Assembly (NCBI GenBank): GCA_039000985.1
Contig: JAWBMD010000001.1
Location: forward strand, 1,877-65,876
DNA length: 64,000 bases
From: Candidatus Aenigmatarchaeota archaeon
Lineage (GTDB): Archaea > Aenigmatarchaeota > Aenigmatarchaeia > CG10238-14 > SpSt-28
Reading direction: 5' to 3'
Shown one piece after another: positions 37,441 to 46,869 of the stretch (its first letter is position 1; each line of letters starts with the position of its first letter). The translations under genes were made by a program, and so were the position numbers. Under the pieces are notes generated by a model. That model made no database searches and was not told the origin of the DNA. It saw only the letters and a program-made list of their open reading frames with translations.

Positions 37441-39387
37441 ATTTATATCAATTCTTGTTGATATTGTGATATCAGCTTTACACGCTATTGGTTTTGGAAT
37501 ATCTGTGCCAGTTGGAGATATTTGAATACATTTATTATATTTGTATTTTTCACATTCCTTTGTAATAATATTAGTCTTTATACATGGACAGTTTTCGTCT
37601 ATTGTTTTTTCATCTACGTTAACTATTTCACCACTTGGAAGTTTACATGTTATTTTGCTTATGAAATTTTCATCTTTATCTTCTATACTTATATTAAGAA
37701 AAATATTTTCTCTTGTTATTATTTCTTTTCTCAAATAAACACTACAACCATCTTTGCATTTTTCTTCATAATAGTTTGCTATAAATGGAAAATTTTCTTT
37801 GTAGGAAATTACATTTTCACATTTATTATTGCTAAAGCAATCTTCATTGTTGTTTATACAAGTTTGTTCTTTTTTGCTACAAATAGAAAAGTACCAATTT
37901 TCTGGTATTACTGCACAATCATAATGAATCGTATCTACATATATACTATCTCCATCATTCTCTAAAACTACATCATATATTGCATTAACTAAAAATGTTA
38001 ATGTTTTTTGTTCTTTTTCTCCTACATCAACATTAGAAATATCTAAAACACAATCTATAAAATAGTCTTTACCCCTTTCTAAATATATTTTTCGAGGTAA
38101 TTCTCCACCTCCAGAAAGATCGAAAGGTTTGCAATTAAATATTCTCAATTTTTCGCTTCCTATTCCAAGTGTTCTTAAAGATACTTTTGATATGTAAATA
38201 TCTCCCCTACCTTTATTAGCAAAACCTATTGTTAGTGGAACTATTTCATCTATTCCTTTTATTAAAGTTTTCTCTATTGCCTTTACACCAATTGCAAGAG
38301 GACCTGGAGTGCTAGTTGATTCAAATGCAGTTGGTCTTTGTTTAAAATCTTTTCCTATTATATTTACAGAGACAAATCCAGTTGTGTTATAGGAATATCT
38401 AAATTTATATTTCCACTTAAGAGGGCTTTTACATGTAGAGTCAAATCTAAATATATATTCTTTTGGTAGTTGGTCTATTTCTAAATTTTCAAGCTTACAT
38501 TCATACAATCTACCCTCTTCCTCTTCTTTATATTCACATTTTGTTCCAAATGCTGTTGTAAATAGAAAATCATTTGAGTGTGCTGATAAATAAACATTTT
38601 TTGCTGGAGGGACTATATCACAAATTTTTTGACCAGCTACTTTTATACAATATTCTCTATCACCACCAGCTTTTATATTTATTGATATAGAACCAATAGA
38701 ATAGGGAATTATATTTTGTCTCTGAACTTTAGTTTCTAATAAAAAACAATCTACACAGCCCAGTTTTATCGTTTCTACTTTTCTACAAACTACTTCTCTA
38801 CAATATTTTCCTATACCGCCAGCACTATACCAAACATCAGGACTTATAAAATTTGTTATTATGCAGGAAGCCATGCAAAAATTATCACTTATTTTTCCAA
38901 TACCGGGTATTCTCATTTTTAATATGTCTGTTATGTTCTGAAAAAGGAGAAAAGCAGCAATAATGATTAGAATTATAAATATAAAAGAAAATATAGGACG
39001 TGAACTAGGAAATTTATTATACAAAAACATAAAGGCTATAATAATTCCAATTAAAGCAATTATTATAAGGACCAGTGTCCAAATATTAAAAAACAAACCT
39101 CTTAGGAATGCGATAATGGAAATTAATATGATTAAAACTATTGGCAAAGCTAATATTTTGGAAGATGTTAATGCTGGTTGTTTTGATAAAAACTTTTCTT
39201 TAAATTCTGAAAATTCCTTAGGTTTTTCTTCAGCCATGCTTTTAGCCTTATTGAAATGATCTTCACATAAGAATCCAAAAGGAGTAGGTTTACCGGGTTT
39301 TTTACAAGCAGGCCAAACACATTTTACACTAATCTTTTCTTCAATTTTCTTTCCCCACTCTTTAAGCTTTTTACCTATTTTTACCAT
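37432..39387 (-). CDS. Large cysteine-rich membrane protein with N-terminal zinc-ribbon-like cytoplasmic segment and big extracellular domain; function unknown
   Basis: CVWPACKK...CEDH at the N-terminus, then 3-4 TM helices, then a ~480-aa Cys-rich region. Confidence 0.4.
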   Translation of the reverse strand: MVKIGKKLKEWGKKIEEKISVKCVWPACKKPGKPTPFGFLCEDHFNKAKSMAEEKPKEFSEFKEKFLSKQPALTSSKILALPIVLIILISIIAFLRGLFFNIWTLVLIIIALIGIIIAFMFLYNKFPSSRPIFSFIFIILIIIAAFLLFQNITDILKMRIPGIGKISDNFCMASCIITNFISPDVWYSAGGIGKYCREVVCRKVETIKLGCVDCFLLETKVQRQNIIPYSIGSISINIKAGGDREYCIKVAGQKICDIVPPAKNVYLSAHSNDFLFTTAFGTKCEYKEEEEGRLYECKLENLEIDQLPKEYIFRFDSTCKSPLKWKYKFRYSYNTTGFVSVNIIGKDFKQRPTAFESTSTPGPLAIGVKAIEKTLIKGIDEIVPLTIGFANKGRGDIYISKVSLRTLGIGSEKLRIFNCKPFDLSGGGELPRKIYLERGKDYFIDCVLDISNVDVGEKEQKTLTFLVNAIYDVVLENDGDSIYVDTIHYDCAVIPENWYFSICSKKEQTCINNNEDCFSNNKCENVISYKENFPFIANYYEEKCKDGCSVYLRKEIITRENIFLNISIEDKDENFISKITCKLPSGEIVNVDEKTIDENCPCIKTNIITKECEKYKYNKCIQISPTGTDIPKPIACKADITISTRIDINSK

Positions 39388-39974
39388 TTGCTTATCTTGC
39401 TTTTTATATCTTCAAAAACTTCCTCTTTATTTTTTTCTCCATTCACAATAATCATTTTTACTTTTTTTATTATTTTCCTTTCTTTTAAAATCTTTTCATA
39501 TTTTTCTTCTACTTTCTTTAAAAATTCCAATTCTTCAAATAATTTTCTTTTCTTTCCTTTTATTCTTTCAATAGATACTTCTGGCTTAATTTTAATAAAT
39601 ATTAAGTAATCTGGTAATGGAAATAATTTTAGGTTTATTTCTAATAATTCTTTATAGTATTTATCATCCTCAACACTTCCATAAGCTATTGTAGAGAAAA
39701 AATATCTATCACATAAAACCCAATATCCACTTTTAAGTTTTTCTTTTATTTCTTTTACATGCTCAGATCTATCAGCCATCATTAACAATTGTATTGATAA
39801 ATTGCTTAATTCATACTTTTTTTCCAACACTTTTCTTAAAAATTTTCCTATTATTCCATATGTTGGTTCTTTTGTTAAAAAAACTTTTTCGTTTTTCTTT
39901 GTTAAATAATCATATAGTAATTTACATTGAGTACTTTTACCAGCTCCATCTATACCTTCCAAAACTATGAACAT
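39381..39974 (-). CDS. tmk: Thymidylate kinase
   Basis: P-loop EGIDGAGKST, DRY-like box, LID region. Confidence 0.8.
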   Translation of the reverse strand: MFIVLEGIDGAGKSTQCKLLYDYLTKKNEKVFLTKEPTYGIIGKFLRKVLEKKYELSNLSIQLLMMADRSEHVKEIKEKLKSGYWVLCDRYFFSTIAYGSVEDDKYYKELLEINLKLFPLPDYLIFIKIKPEVSIERIKGKKRKLFEELEFLKKVEEKYEKILKERKIIKKVKMIIVNGEKNKEEVFEDIKSKISKW

Positions 39975-40001
39975 TAATTAAATTTTATCTATTACAAATT
40001 T

Positions 40002-40736
40002 ATGAGAAAAATAGCTATTACATCGCTAAAAAAAGGAATAGGTAGAACATCGTTTAGCTTTTCTTTAGCTTTTGCATTTAAAGAAATGGGAAAAAGCACA
40101 ATAGCTATATTAGATAGTCCTATTATCGCTTCTAATAAATATGTTGATGATTTTTTTAAAGAGCAAAGAAATATTAGCAATTATATAACATTTTTTGAAG
40201 GTTTATCTGTTTTACTAAGGAAAGGAGATGTTAATTTAGATAGGGAAATTGTTAATATTTTATTACAAAAAATTGGTGATGAAAAAAGATTTGATATACT
40301 TGTTTGGGATATAGATTATGATATTTTATCTAATTGTTCTGATTTTTTTGAGGAAATAATTTTTGTTTCATTACCATATAAATCAGATTTAATTGAGTTA
40401 AAAGAAACTGCTAAGAATATAAAAAGAAAAGTTTATGTTGTTATAAATTTTTTACCTACAAGCATGGAAATAGATGATAAAAGCATATCTAATTTTTTAG
40501 GTTTAGAGCTATTGGGAAAAATTAGTTATGATGAAAGTGTTCAAGAAAGTATTTATTATAAATTGCCAGTTACTTTTTATAAAAGATATTCTTTATCATC
40601 AAAACAAATTTTTGATATTGCTTCAAAACTTTTGGTAACAGAGTATAATGAGAAATTCTTTTATAGGATATTAAGATTTTTCGATAGCTTGAAAAAATCA
40701 AAAATAAAATTAACAATAGAAGAGCTTTCTTTTTAA
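40002..40736 (+). CDS. ParA/MinD-like protein with degenerate Walker A (probable pseudo-ATPase)
   Basis: IAITSLKKGIGRTSFS aligns to IAITSGKGGVGKTTTS. The signature Lys is kept, but the P-loop Lys is Arg and two Gly are lost. Confidence 0.45.
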   Translation: MRKIAITSLKKGIGRTSFSFSLAFAFKEMGKSTIAILDSPIIASNKYVDDFFKEQRNISNYITFFEGLSVLLRKGDVNLDREIVNILLQKIGDEKRFDILVWDIDYDILSNCSDFFEEIIFVSLPYKSDLIELKETAKNIKRKVYVVINFLPTSMEIDDKSISNFLGLELLGKISYDESVQESIYYKLPVTFYKRYSLSSKQIFDIASKLLVTEYNEKFFYRILRFFDSLKKSKIKLTIEELSF

Positions 40737-43684
40737 ACAAATTTGTAAAAAACTTTATTTCCTTCTATTTCCATTTCATAGCATTCAGTTAAATTATCTT
40801 CAAATAAAATATTTCCAGCATTAGTTTCTTTTTTTATTTTTTCCATATTAGCTTTTATAATATCTAACCAAAAAGATTTATTCTCAAAACAAATGTTTAC
40901 TTTATCAATAACTTTTAATCCAACTCTTTTTCTTCTTTCTTGAATATTTCTTATCAATTCTCTAATAAATGCTTCTTTTTTACATTCTTCTTCAATTATT
41001 TTCGGTATAAATAATACAAATTTCTTTTGTTTTTCTTCAATATAGTTTTCATTTTCAAACTTTCTTGTAATAACTATTTCTTTAATATTACCCATGTTTT
41101 TTATTATATTTTCATATTTTTTGAAAAATTGCTCAATTTTTTTGCTTTTTGTTAGAACTATTAATTCTTTTACCGGCCATCTAAGTTTTATTTTTGCTCT
41201 TTCTCTTAATGAAAGTATTAGATTAATTATTTCTTTTACAGCTTCTATATTCTTTTCCAAATTTTTATTTATTAGTTTTTTATCAGCTTTCGGATAACTT
41301 TCTTCAAATATTGATTCTTTTTTATCTAAAGCAATTTCTTGATATATTTTTTCTGTTATGAACGGACAAATTGGTGCTAAAAGCTTAATTAAGTTAATTA
41401 TAACATAATACATTGTAGAAAGTGCAGCATTTTTTGTTTTTTCTTCACTATAAATCCACGCCCTATCTCTAATTTTTTTAATGTAAAATCTACTAAAATC
41501 GTTAACTGCAAAGTTTAAAAATTCCTTCCCAGCTTTGTGAAACTCAAAATTTTTCATGTATTTATTGAAGTTGTTTATTAATGTATTTATTTTTGATAAA
41601 ATCCAATAATCTTCTATTTCTAAATTTTCCAATGAAAATTTCCAATTTTCTGTTTTGTAAGTTTTGAAAAATTCAATGCAATTTAAAAATATATTAAATT
41701 GTTTTTTTAACTCTTCGATTGTTTTAAAGCTAAAGTTTTGTTGTTCCCAAGGAGCATTTCCATAGCAATAGTAAAGTCTTAATAAATCAGCTCCAACTTT
41801 TTCTAAAGCATCTTTTCCATCAATAACATTTCCTTTGCTTTTACTCATTTTTTCTCCAAATTCATCTAAAACCCAGCCATTCATACAAACGGTTTTAAAA
41901 GGTCTTTTATTTATAAAGGCAATAGAAACAAACATCAATGTATAAAACCAACCTCTTATTTGATCTTGGCTTTCATCTATTAGGTCAGCAATTTTTGTTT
42001 TTTTAGTTAAGAATGGATATCCAAGTGAAGCGAATGTTGCTGCTCCACTATCATACCAAACATCAAATATATCTGGAATTCTTTTTGCATTATTTCCACA
42101 TTTATCGCATTTCAAAATAATTTTATCAACAAAATGTTTATGTAAATCTAAATTACTTTCATCAATTTTTTCTATTGATTTTTCCATTAATTCTTTTATA
42201 CTTCCAGCAACAATTTTTTCTCCACATTTTTCGCATATCCAAATTGGTATTGGTATTCCCCAAAATCTTTGTCTAGATATGCACCAATCTATAGCATTTC
42301 TTACCCAGTTTTTAAAACTTTCTTTTGCAAATCTTGGTAACCATCTAACTTTATCGCTTTCTAAAAGCATTTTTTCTTTTATTTCATCTACAGAAATAAA
42401 CCATTGTTTTGTTAATCTGAATATTAAAGGAGATTTACATCTCCAACACAAAGGATAGGAATGAACTACATAATCAGAATAAAGTAGCAAATTATTACTT
42501 TTAAGTTTTTCTATTATTAGTTTGTCAGCATCCTTAACAAAAATATCTTTAAATTCTCCAGCATCTTCATCAAATTTACCATCGTTTTTTACTGGGGAAA
42601 TAGCTGGTAGATTATAATGTTGAGCAATATAATAATCTTCTTGTCCATGACCAGGAGCTACATGTACACAACCAGAACCTTCTTCAACATTTACAAAATC
42701 AAAAAATTCACTTTTCATTTCGGCATATTTCTCTAGAATACCATGTTTATATGATTTTGATTTTAATACTGGGATAGACATTATGATTTTTCTAAAGTTT
42801 ATTTTTTGTTGAGCAGGACAATTAATTACAGGGAGGTATTCTAAACCATCTAAGTTTTTACCTTCAAAAATATCAACGATTTTATATTGCTCTGTTTTCA
42901 GCAATTCTTTAAATACATATTCTACTCTTTTTTCAGCTAATATAATTTTTTCATCATTATACTCAACTTTAACATATTTTTCATTTGGATGAACAGCTAT
43001 TGCGACATTACTTATTAATGTCCAGGGGGTTGTTGTAAATACTAAAATAAATTCTTTTTCTTTGTTTTTTATAGGAAATTTAACAAATATATATGGATCT
43101 GAAACATCAGCATAACTATCTGTAACTTCATAACCAGATAAAGCTGTTTCGCATCTTGGGCACCAAAAATAAGCTCTTTCGCCAAAATATACTAAACCTT
43201 TTTCGAAAATTTTTTTGAAAATAAACCAGCATGATTGAATATAATTATTATCTAAAGTCAAATAAGGTTTAAAATATCCACGCCAAGCACCAAGTTGTTT
43301 ATATAGTTCCAACCATATATTTTCATTTCCTCTAGCTTTTTGCTTGCACAATTCTATAAATTTTTCTATACCAAGCTCCTCTATATCTTTTTTGCTTTTT
43401 AATCCAAGCTCCCTTTCAACTATGTTTTCTATGGGTAAGCCATGGCAATCAAATCCAGGTTGAAATATTACATTGAATCCTTTCATTAAATAAAACTTAC
43501 TCCATATATCCTTCAAAGTTGTTGTTTTCACATTTCCAACATGAGGACTAGCATTAACATATGGTGGTCCATCCAATAAGAAAAATGTTTTTTTACCTTT
43601 TTTAAATTTTGTAAGTTTTTCTATAATTCTATTTTTTTCCCAATATTCTTTTACCTCTGCTTCTACTTTTTTTAGGTCTAACAT
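40733..43684 (-). CDS. ileS: Isoleucyl-tRNA synthetase
   Basis: HIGH (PHVGN), KMSKS and editing domain. 983 aa. Confidence 0.9.
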   Translation of the reverse strand: MLDLKKVEAEVKEYWEKNRIIEKLTKFKKGKKTFFLLDGPPYVNASPHVGNVKTTTLKDIWSKFYLMKGFNVIFQPGFDCHGLPIENIVERELGLKSKKDIEELGIEKFIELCKQKARGNENIWLELYKQLGAWRGYFKPYLTLDNNYIQSCWFIFKKIFEKGLVYFGERAYFWCPRCETALSGYEVTDSYADVSDPYIFVKFPIKNKEKEFILVFTTTPWTLISNVAIAVHPNEKYVKVEYNDEKIILAEKRVEYVFKELLKTEQYKIVDIFEGKNLDGLEYLPVINCPAQQKINFRKIIMSIPVLKSKSYKHGILEKYAEMKSEFFDFVNVEEGSGCVHVAPGHGQEDYYIAQHYNLPAISPVKNDGKFDEDAGEFKDIFVKDADKLIIEKLKSNNLLLYSDYVVHSYPLCWRCKSPLIFRLTKQWFISVDEIKEKMLLESDKVRWLPRFAKESFKNWVRNAIDWCISRQRFWGIPIPIWICEKCGEKIVAGSIKELMEKSIEKIDESNLDLHKHFVDKIILKCDKCGNNAKRIPDIFDVWYDSGAATFASLGYPFLTKKTKIADLIDESQDQIRGWFYTLMFVSIAFINKRPFKTVCMNGWVLDEFGEKMSKSKGNVIDGKDALEKVGADLLRLYYCYGNAPWEQQNFSFKTIEELKKQFNIFLNCIEFFKTYKTENWKFSLENLEIEDYWILSKINTLINNFNKYMKNFEFHKAGKEFLNFAVNDFSRFYIKKIRDRAWIYSEEKTKNAALSTMYYVIINLIKLLAPICPFITEKIYQEIALDKKESIFEESYPKADKKLINKNLEKNIEAVKEIINLILSLRERAKIKLRWPVKELIVLTKSKKIEQFFKKYENIIKNMGNIKEIVITRKFENENYIEEKQKKFVLFIPKIIEEECKKEAFIRELIRNIQERRKRVGLKVIDKVNICFENKSFWLDIIKANMEKIKKETNAGNILFEDNLTECYEMEIEGNKVFYKFV

Positions 43685-44222
43685 TTTTTCTAGTTGAATA
43701 AATACTACTTACTATAAATTTTCTTATATTTATTTCAGATTCTAAAAGCAATGTATAAATTGCTCCGTAAAATGATAAAAAAGCAATTATGGTTATAAAA
43801 ATAATAATTATTCCACTCAATGCAGGACTTATGGATTCTAAAAAATCTTTAAACAGCCAAAAAAGAAAAACTGAAAATATAATAAAAATTATTACTTTTA
43901 TAGAGCGTCTCAATCTATTTATCGAGGAAGTTTTCTTTATATTTAAAAAATATGAAGAAATACCAGAAACAGCATCACTTATTTCATTCATTTCCCTTAT
44001 TGTTAAAACTAAAATTGATGCAGAAATAACTGTAGCTATAAAGCTTATTATGTTAGATACTTGTATGTTTGCTAATGGTGGCAATTCTCTAGAAAGTGGA
44101 ATAAAAACAAATTTTGAGAATAAAAGAACTATACTAAAAAATATGCATAACAATATGAATTTTGGTAACGATCTTCTTAGCTTGATTATAGAGATGAAAT
44201 AAAGCCTTTCTAAGTTTTTCAT
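43629..44222 (-). CDS. Membrane protein, unknown
   Basis: Several TM helices. Overlaps the ileS start, so the true extent is uncertain. Confidence 0.3.
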   Translation of the reverse strand: MKNLERLYFISIIKLRRSLPKFILLCIFFSIVLLFSKFVFIPLSRELPPLANIQVSNIISFIATVISASILVLTIREMNEISDAVSGISSYFLNIKKTSSINRLRRSIKVIIFIIFSVFLFWLFKDFLESISPALSGIIIIFITIIAFLSFYGAIYTLLLESEINIRKFIVSSIYSTRKNVRPKKSRSRGKRILGKK

Positions 44223-44249
44223 AAAATTAATAAAAACTAAATAAAATTA

Positions 44250-44918
44250 ATGCCTATATTTGGTAAAAAAGAAGTAAAGAAGGGGAAGGGTATTATACCA
44301 ACGGATAGAGTTAAGGACCTATCCTCTAAAGGATTTTCTGAGCCAGAAATAATAGATATTTTAAGAAGGGAGGGATATAGCCCAGAAGAAATAGATAAAG
44401 CTTTGGGAGAGGCAATAAAGTCAGCTATAGAAAAAGAAGAAAAGAGAGAAGAAGTAAAGGAACCATTGTCTCAACTCACTCCATTACCAACTTCTCCAGT
44501 TCCTCCAGCACCAGCTCCGTTAAAGGAACTCGAGTCTCTTTTTGGAGCAAAGGGAGAGGTTACTGCATTAGAGGTTCCTGAAACGTCTCTTCCTTCTCCA
44601 GCAAGAGCTTTAACAGAAGAATATATTGAATATATTATTGATCAAAAGCTAATAGAGGTTTATCAAAGGTTTGAAGATATTTATTATAGAATTGAGGAAA
44701 TAGAAAAAGCAATGAAAGAAATGAATGAAAGTATATCAGAAATAGCTAGAAAGAAAGTATTAGAAAGTGAAGAATTAACTAGAAGATTTGAAAACTTTTC
44801 AGAAAGTATGCAAACTATAACTGGAAGAGTAGGTAGCTTAGAAAAAGCATTTAAAGAAACTTTACCATCATTAGTTGAAGCTATAAGAAATTTGAACGAA
44901 TCACTGAGAAAGAAATAA
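44250..44918 (+). CDS. Hypothetical coiled-coil protein with Pro-rich linker
   Basis: N-terminal helical motif SEPEIIDILRREGYSPEEIDKAL, PLPTSPVPPAPAP linker, C-terminal coiled coil. Abuts the aIF2 gamma start. Confidence 0.35.
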   Translation: MPIFGKKEVKKGKGIIPTDRVKDLSSKGFSEPEIIDILRREGYSPEEIDKALGEAIKSAIEKEEKREEVKEPLSQLTPLPTSPVPPAPAPLKELESLFGAKGEVTALEVPETSLPSPARALTEEYIEYIIDQKLIEVYQRFEDIYYRIEEIEKAMKEMNESISEIARKKVLESEELTRRFENFSESMQTITGRVGSLEKAFKETLPSLVEAIRNLNESLRKK

Positions 44919-46145
44919 ATGGGAATAGATCCCAGATTAATATCTAGAACAAACATTGGTGTTTTTGGTCATGTTGCTCATGGAAAAAGTACTTTGGTTA
45001 ATGCTATTACTGGTATTTCTACTTTAAGGTATTCTGAAGAAATGGAAAGGGGAATAACAATAAAGCTTGGTTATGCAGATGCTAGAATTTATAAGTGTAA
45101 AAGTTGTGAAAAATATTCAACAAGCGAAAAATGTCCATATTGTTTTTCTGAAACAGAATTGATAAGAACTGTTAGTTTTGTAGATTCACCAGGTCATGAA
45201 AGCTTGATGTCGGTAGCTATAACTGGAGCATCTATAATAAATGGTGCTATTTTAGTAATAGCTGCTAATGAAAAATGTCCTAGACCGCAAACAAGAGAAC
45301 ATTTAATAGCTTTGCAAGCAGCCAATATAGAAAAAGTAATTGTTGTTCAAAACAAAATAGATTGTGTTACTAAAGAAAGAGCATTAGAAAATTATAAAGA
45401 AATAAAAGATTTTCTTAAAGGAACAATTTATGAAAATTCTCCAATAATACCAATTTCTGCACAAGAAAAAATAAACATAGATAAAGTTTTGGAGCTTATA
45501 GTTAAAGAAATTCAAGAGTGTGAAGATAGTAAAACCAATGATTTCAAAATGTATGTTGTAAGAAGTTTTGATATAAATAAGCCAGGTTCAATAGCGGAAA
45601 ATATAAAAGGTGGAGTTTTAGGTGGTTGTATAAATAGAGGTATAATAAAAAAATTTGATGAAATAAAGATTTTGCCAGGTATAAAAATTGAAGGGAAATA
45701 TAAAGCTTTAAAAACTAGGGTTGAAAACATAAAAAAATCTAATATTAGTTTAGATGAAGCTGGTGCCGGTGGTTTAGTAGGAATATTAACAACTTTAGAT
45801 CCATCTTTAACTAAATCTGATAATTTGGCTGGGAGTATTGTTATACCTTCTAATAAAAATGTTGAAATGAAGGAAGAAGCTATTATTAAATATAAATTAT
45901 TTGAAAGAGTAATGGGAATTGTTGATGAAAGAATTGTTGAACCAATTAAAAATGGAGAAAATTTACTTTTAAATATTGGGGTTATAAAAAACATTGGAAA
46001 AGTTATTAATTGTGATAAAGAAATTTTAAAAGTTAAGCTTTCTATACCAACATTTTATGAAGAGGATGATAAAGTTACAATTTTAAGATTAATAGAAGGA
46101 AAATGGAGGCTTATTGGTTATGGTTCTTTAGTAGAAGCTAAATAG
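44919..46145 (+). CDS. eif2g: Translation initiation factor aIF2 gamma subunit
   Basis: GTPase G1 GHVAHGKST, G2-G4, and zinc knuckle CKSCEKYSTSEKCPYC. Confidence 0.9.
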   Translation: MGIDPRLISRTNIGVFGHVAHGKSTLVNAITGISTLRYSEEMERGITIKLGYADARIYKCKSCEKYSTSEKCPYCFSETELIRTVSFVDSPGHESLMSVAITGASIINGAILVIAANEKCPRPQTREHLIALQAANIEKVIVVQNKIDCVTKERALENYKEIKDFLKGTIYENSPIIPISAQEKINIDKVLELIVKEIQECEDSKTNDFKMYVVRSFDINKPGSIAENIKGGVLGGCINRGIIKKFDEIKILPGIKIEGKYKALKTRVENIKKSNISLDEAGAGGLVGILTTLDPSLTKSDNLAGSIVIPSNKNVEMKEEAIIKYKLFERVMGIVDERIVEPIKNGENLLLNIGVIKNIGKVINCDKEILKVKLSIPTFYEEDDKVTILRLIEGKWRLIGYGSLVEAK

Positions 46146-46180
46146 CTTGATTTTTATTTAACTAAATTTAAATAAATTTT

Positions 46181-46531
46181 ATGAAAGGAGTTAGTGAAGT
46201 AGTAGCTATGGTTATGATGTTAGTAATAACTTTAGCATTAGCAGGAACTGCCTATGTTTTTATAAGTCGTACATTTACAGTACAAACACAAGGTATACAA
46301 TTAGACGAGGCGTCTTGTTTTGATGGTAGTGTTACTCTGATATACCGAAATATTGGAGATCAAACATTAACAGTCAATGTCTTCAAGGGCAACACACCGA
46401 TTGATACAAGGTTGGTATTTCCAGGTAGAACAAACATAACAACAGACAGTTGTGGTACAGGAAATATATGTAGATATAGGATAGTACCGAGTGTAGGTAA
46501 AACAGTTACAACAACGGTTCAATGCATATAG
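46181..46531 (+). CDS. Archaeal type IV pilin-like protein (class III signal peptide, Pilin_N/DUF1628-like)
   Basis: MKGVSEVVAMVMMLVITLALAGTAYVFI matches the KGxSPVIxxVLLIAITV pilin N-terminal consensus. Confidence 0.6.
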   Translation: MKGVSEVVAMVMMLVITLALAGTAYVFISRTFTVQTQGIQLDEASCFDGSVTLIYRNIGDQTLTVNVFKGNTPIDTRLVFPGRTNITTDSCGTGNICRYRIVPSVGKTVTTTVQCI

Positions 46532-46869
46532 AGCTTTTGCTTTTATTAGTAATATTAACTTCTTTACTTTTTCTATTTCTTTATAATATAAGTAGTTCTG
46601 GATTAGAAACTGTAAAAATTAATGATATAAACGGAAGTTTTTTAGGGAAAAAGATTGTTGCAGAAGGTAAAGTAAAAAATATAAGAAATTATAAAGGTCA
46701 CTATTTTTTAGAGTTTTACAATAGCAATATAACTGTTGTTTTTTTCAAAAATAATGTTAATGAGAAAGTAGTTAGTTTAACAGCTAATAAAGAAGTTAAA
46801 GTAATTGGTATTGTTAGCATGTATAAAAATAATTTAGAAATAATAGGTGAAGATATAATTTATGTTTAA
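46522..46869 (+). CDS. Membrane-anchored OB-fold (tRNA_anti-like/BOF-type) protein
   Basis: N-terminal TM, then GKKIVAEGKVKNI...HYFLEF...VIGIVSMYKNNLEI OB-fold pattern. Confidence 0.5.
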   Translation: MHIELLLLLVILTSLLFLFLYNISSSGLETVKINDINGSFLGKKIVAEGKVKNIRNYKGHYFLEFYNSNITVVFFKNNVNEKVVSLTANKEVKVIGIVSMYKNNLEIIGEDIIYV

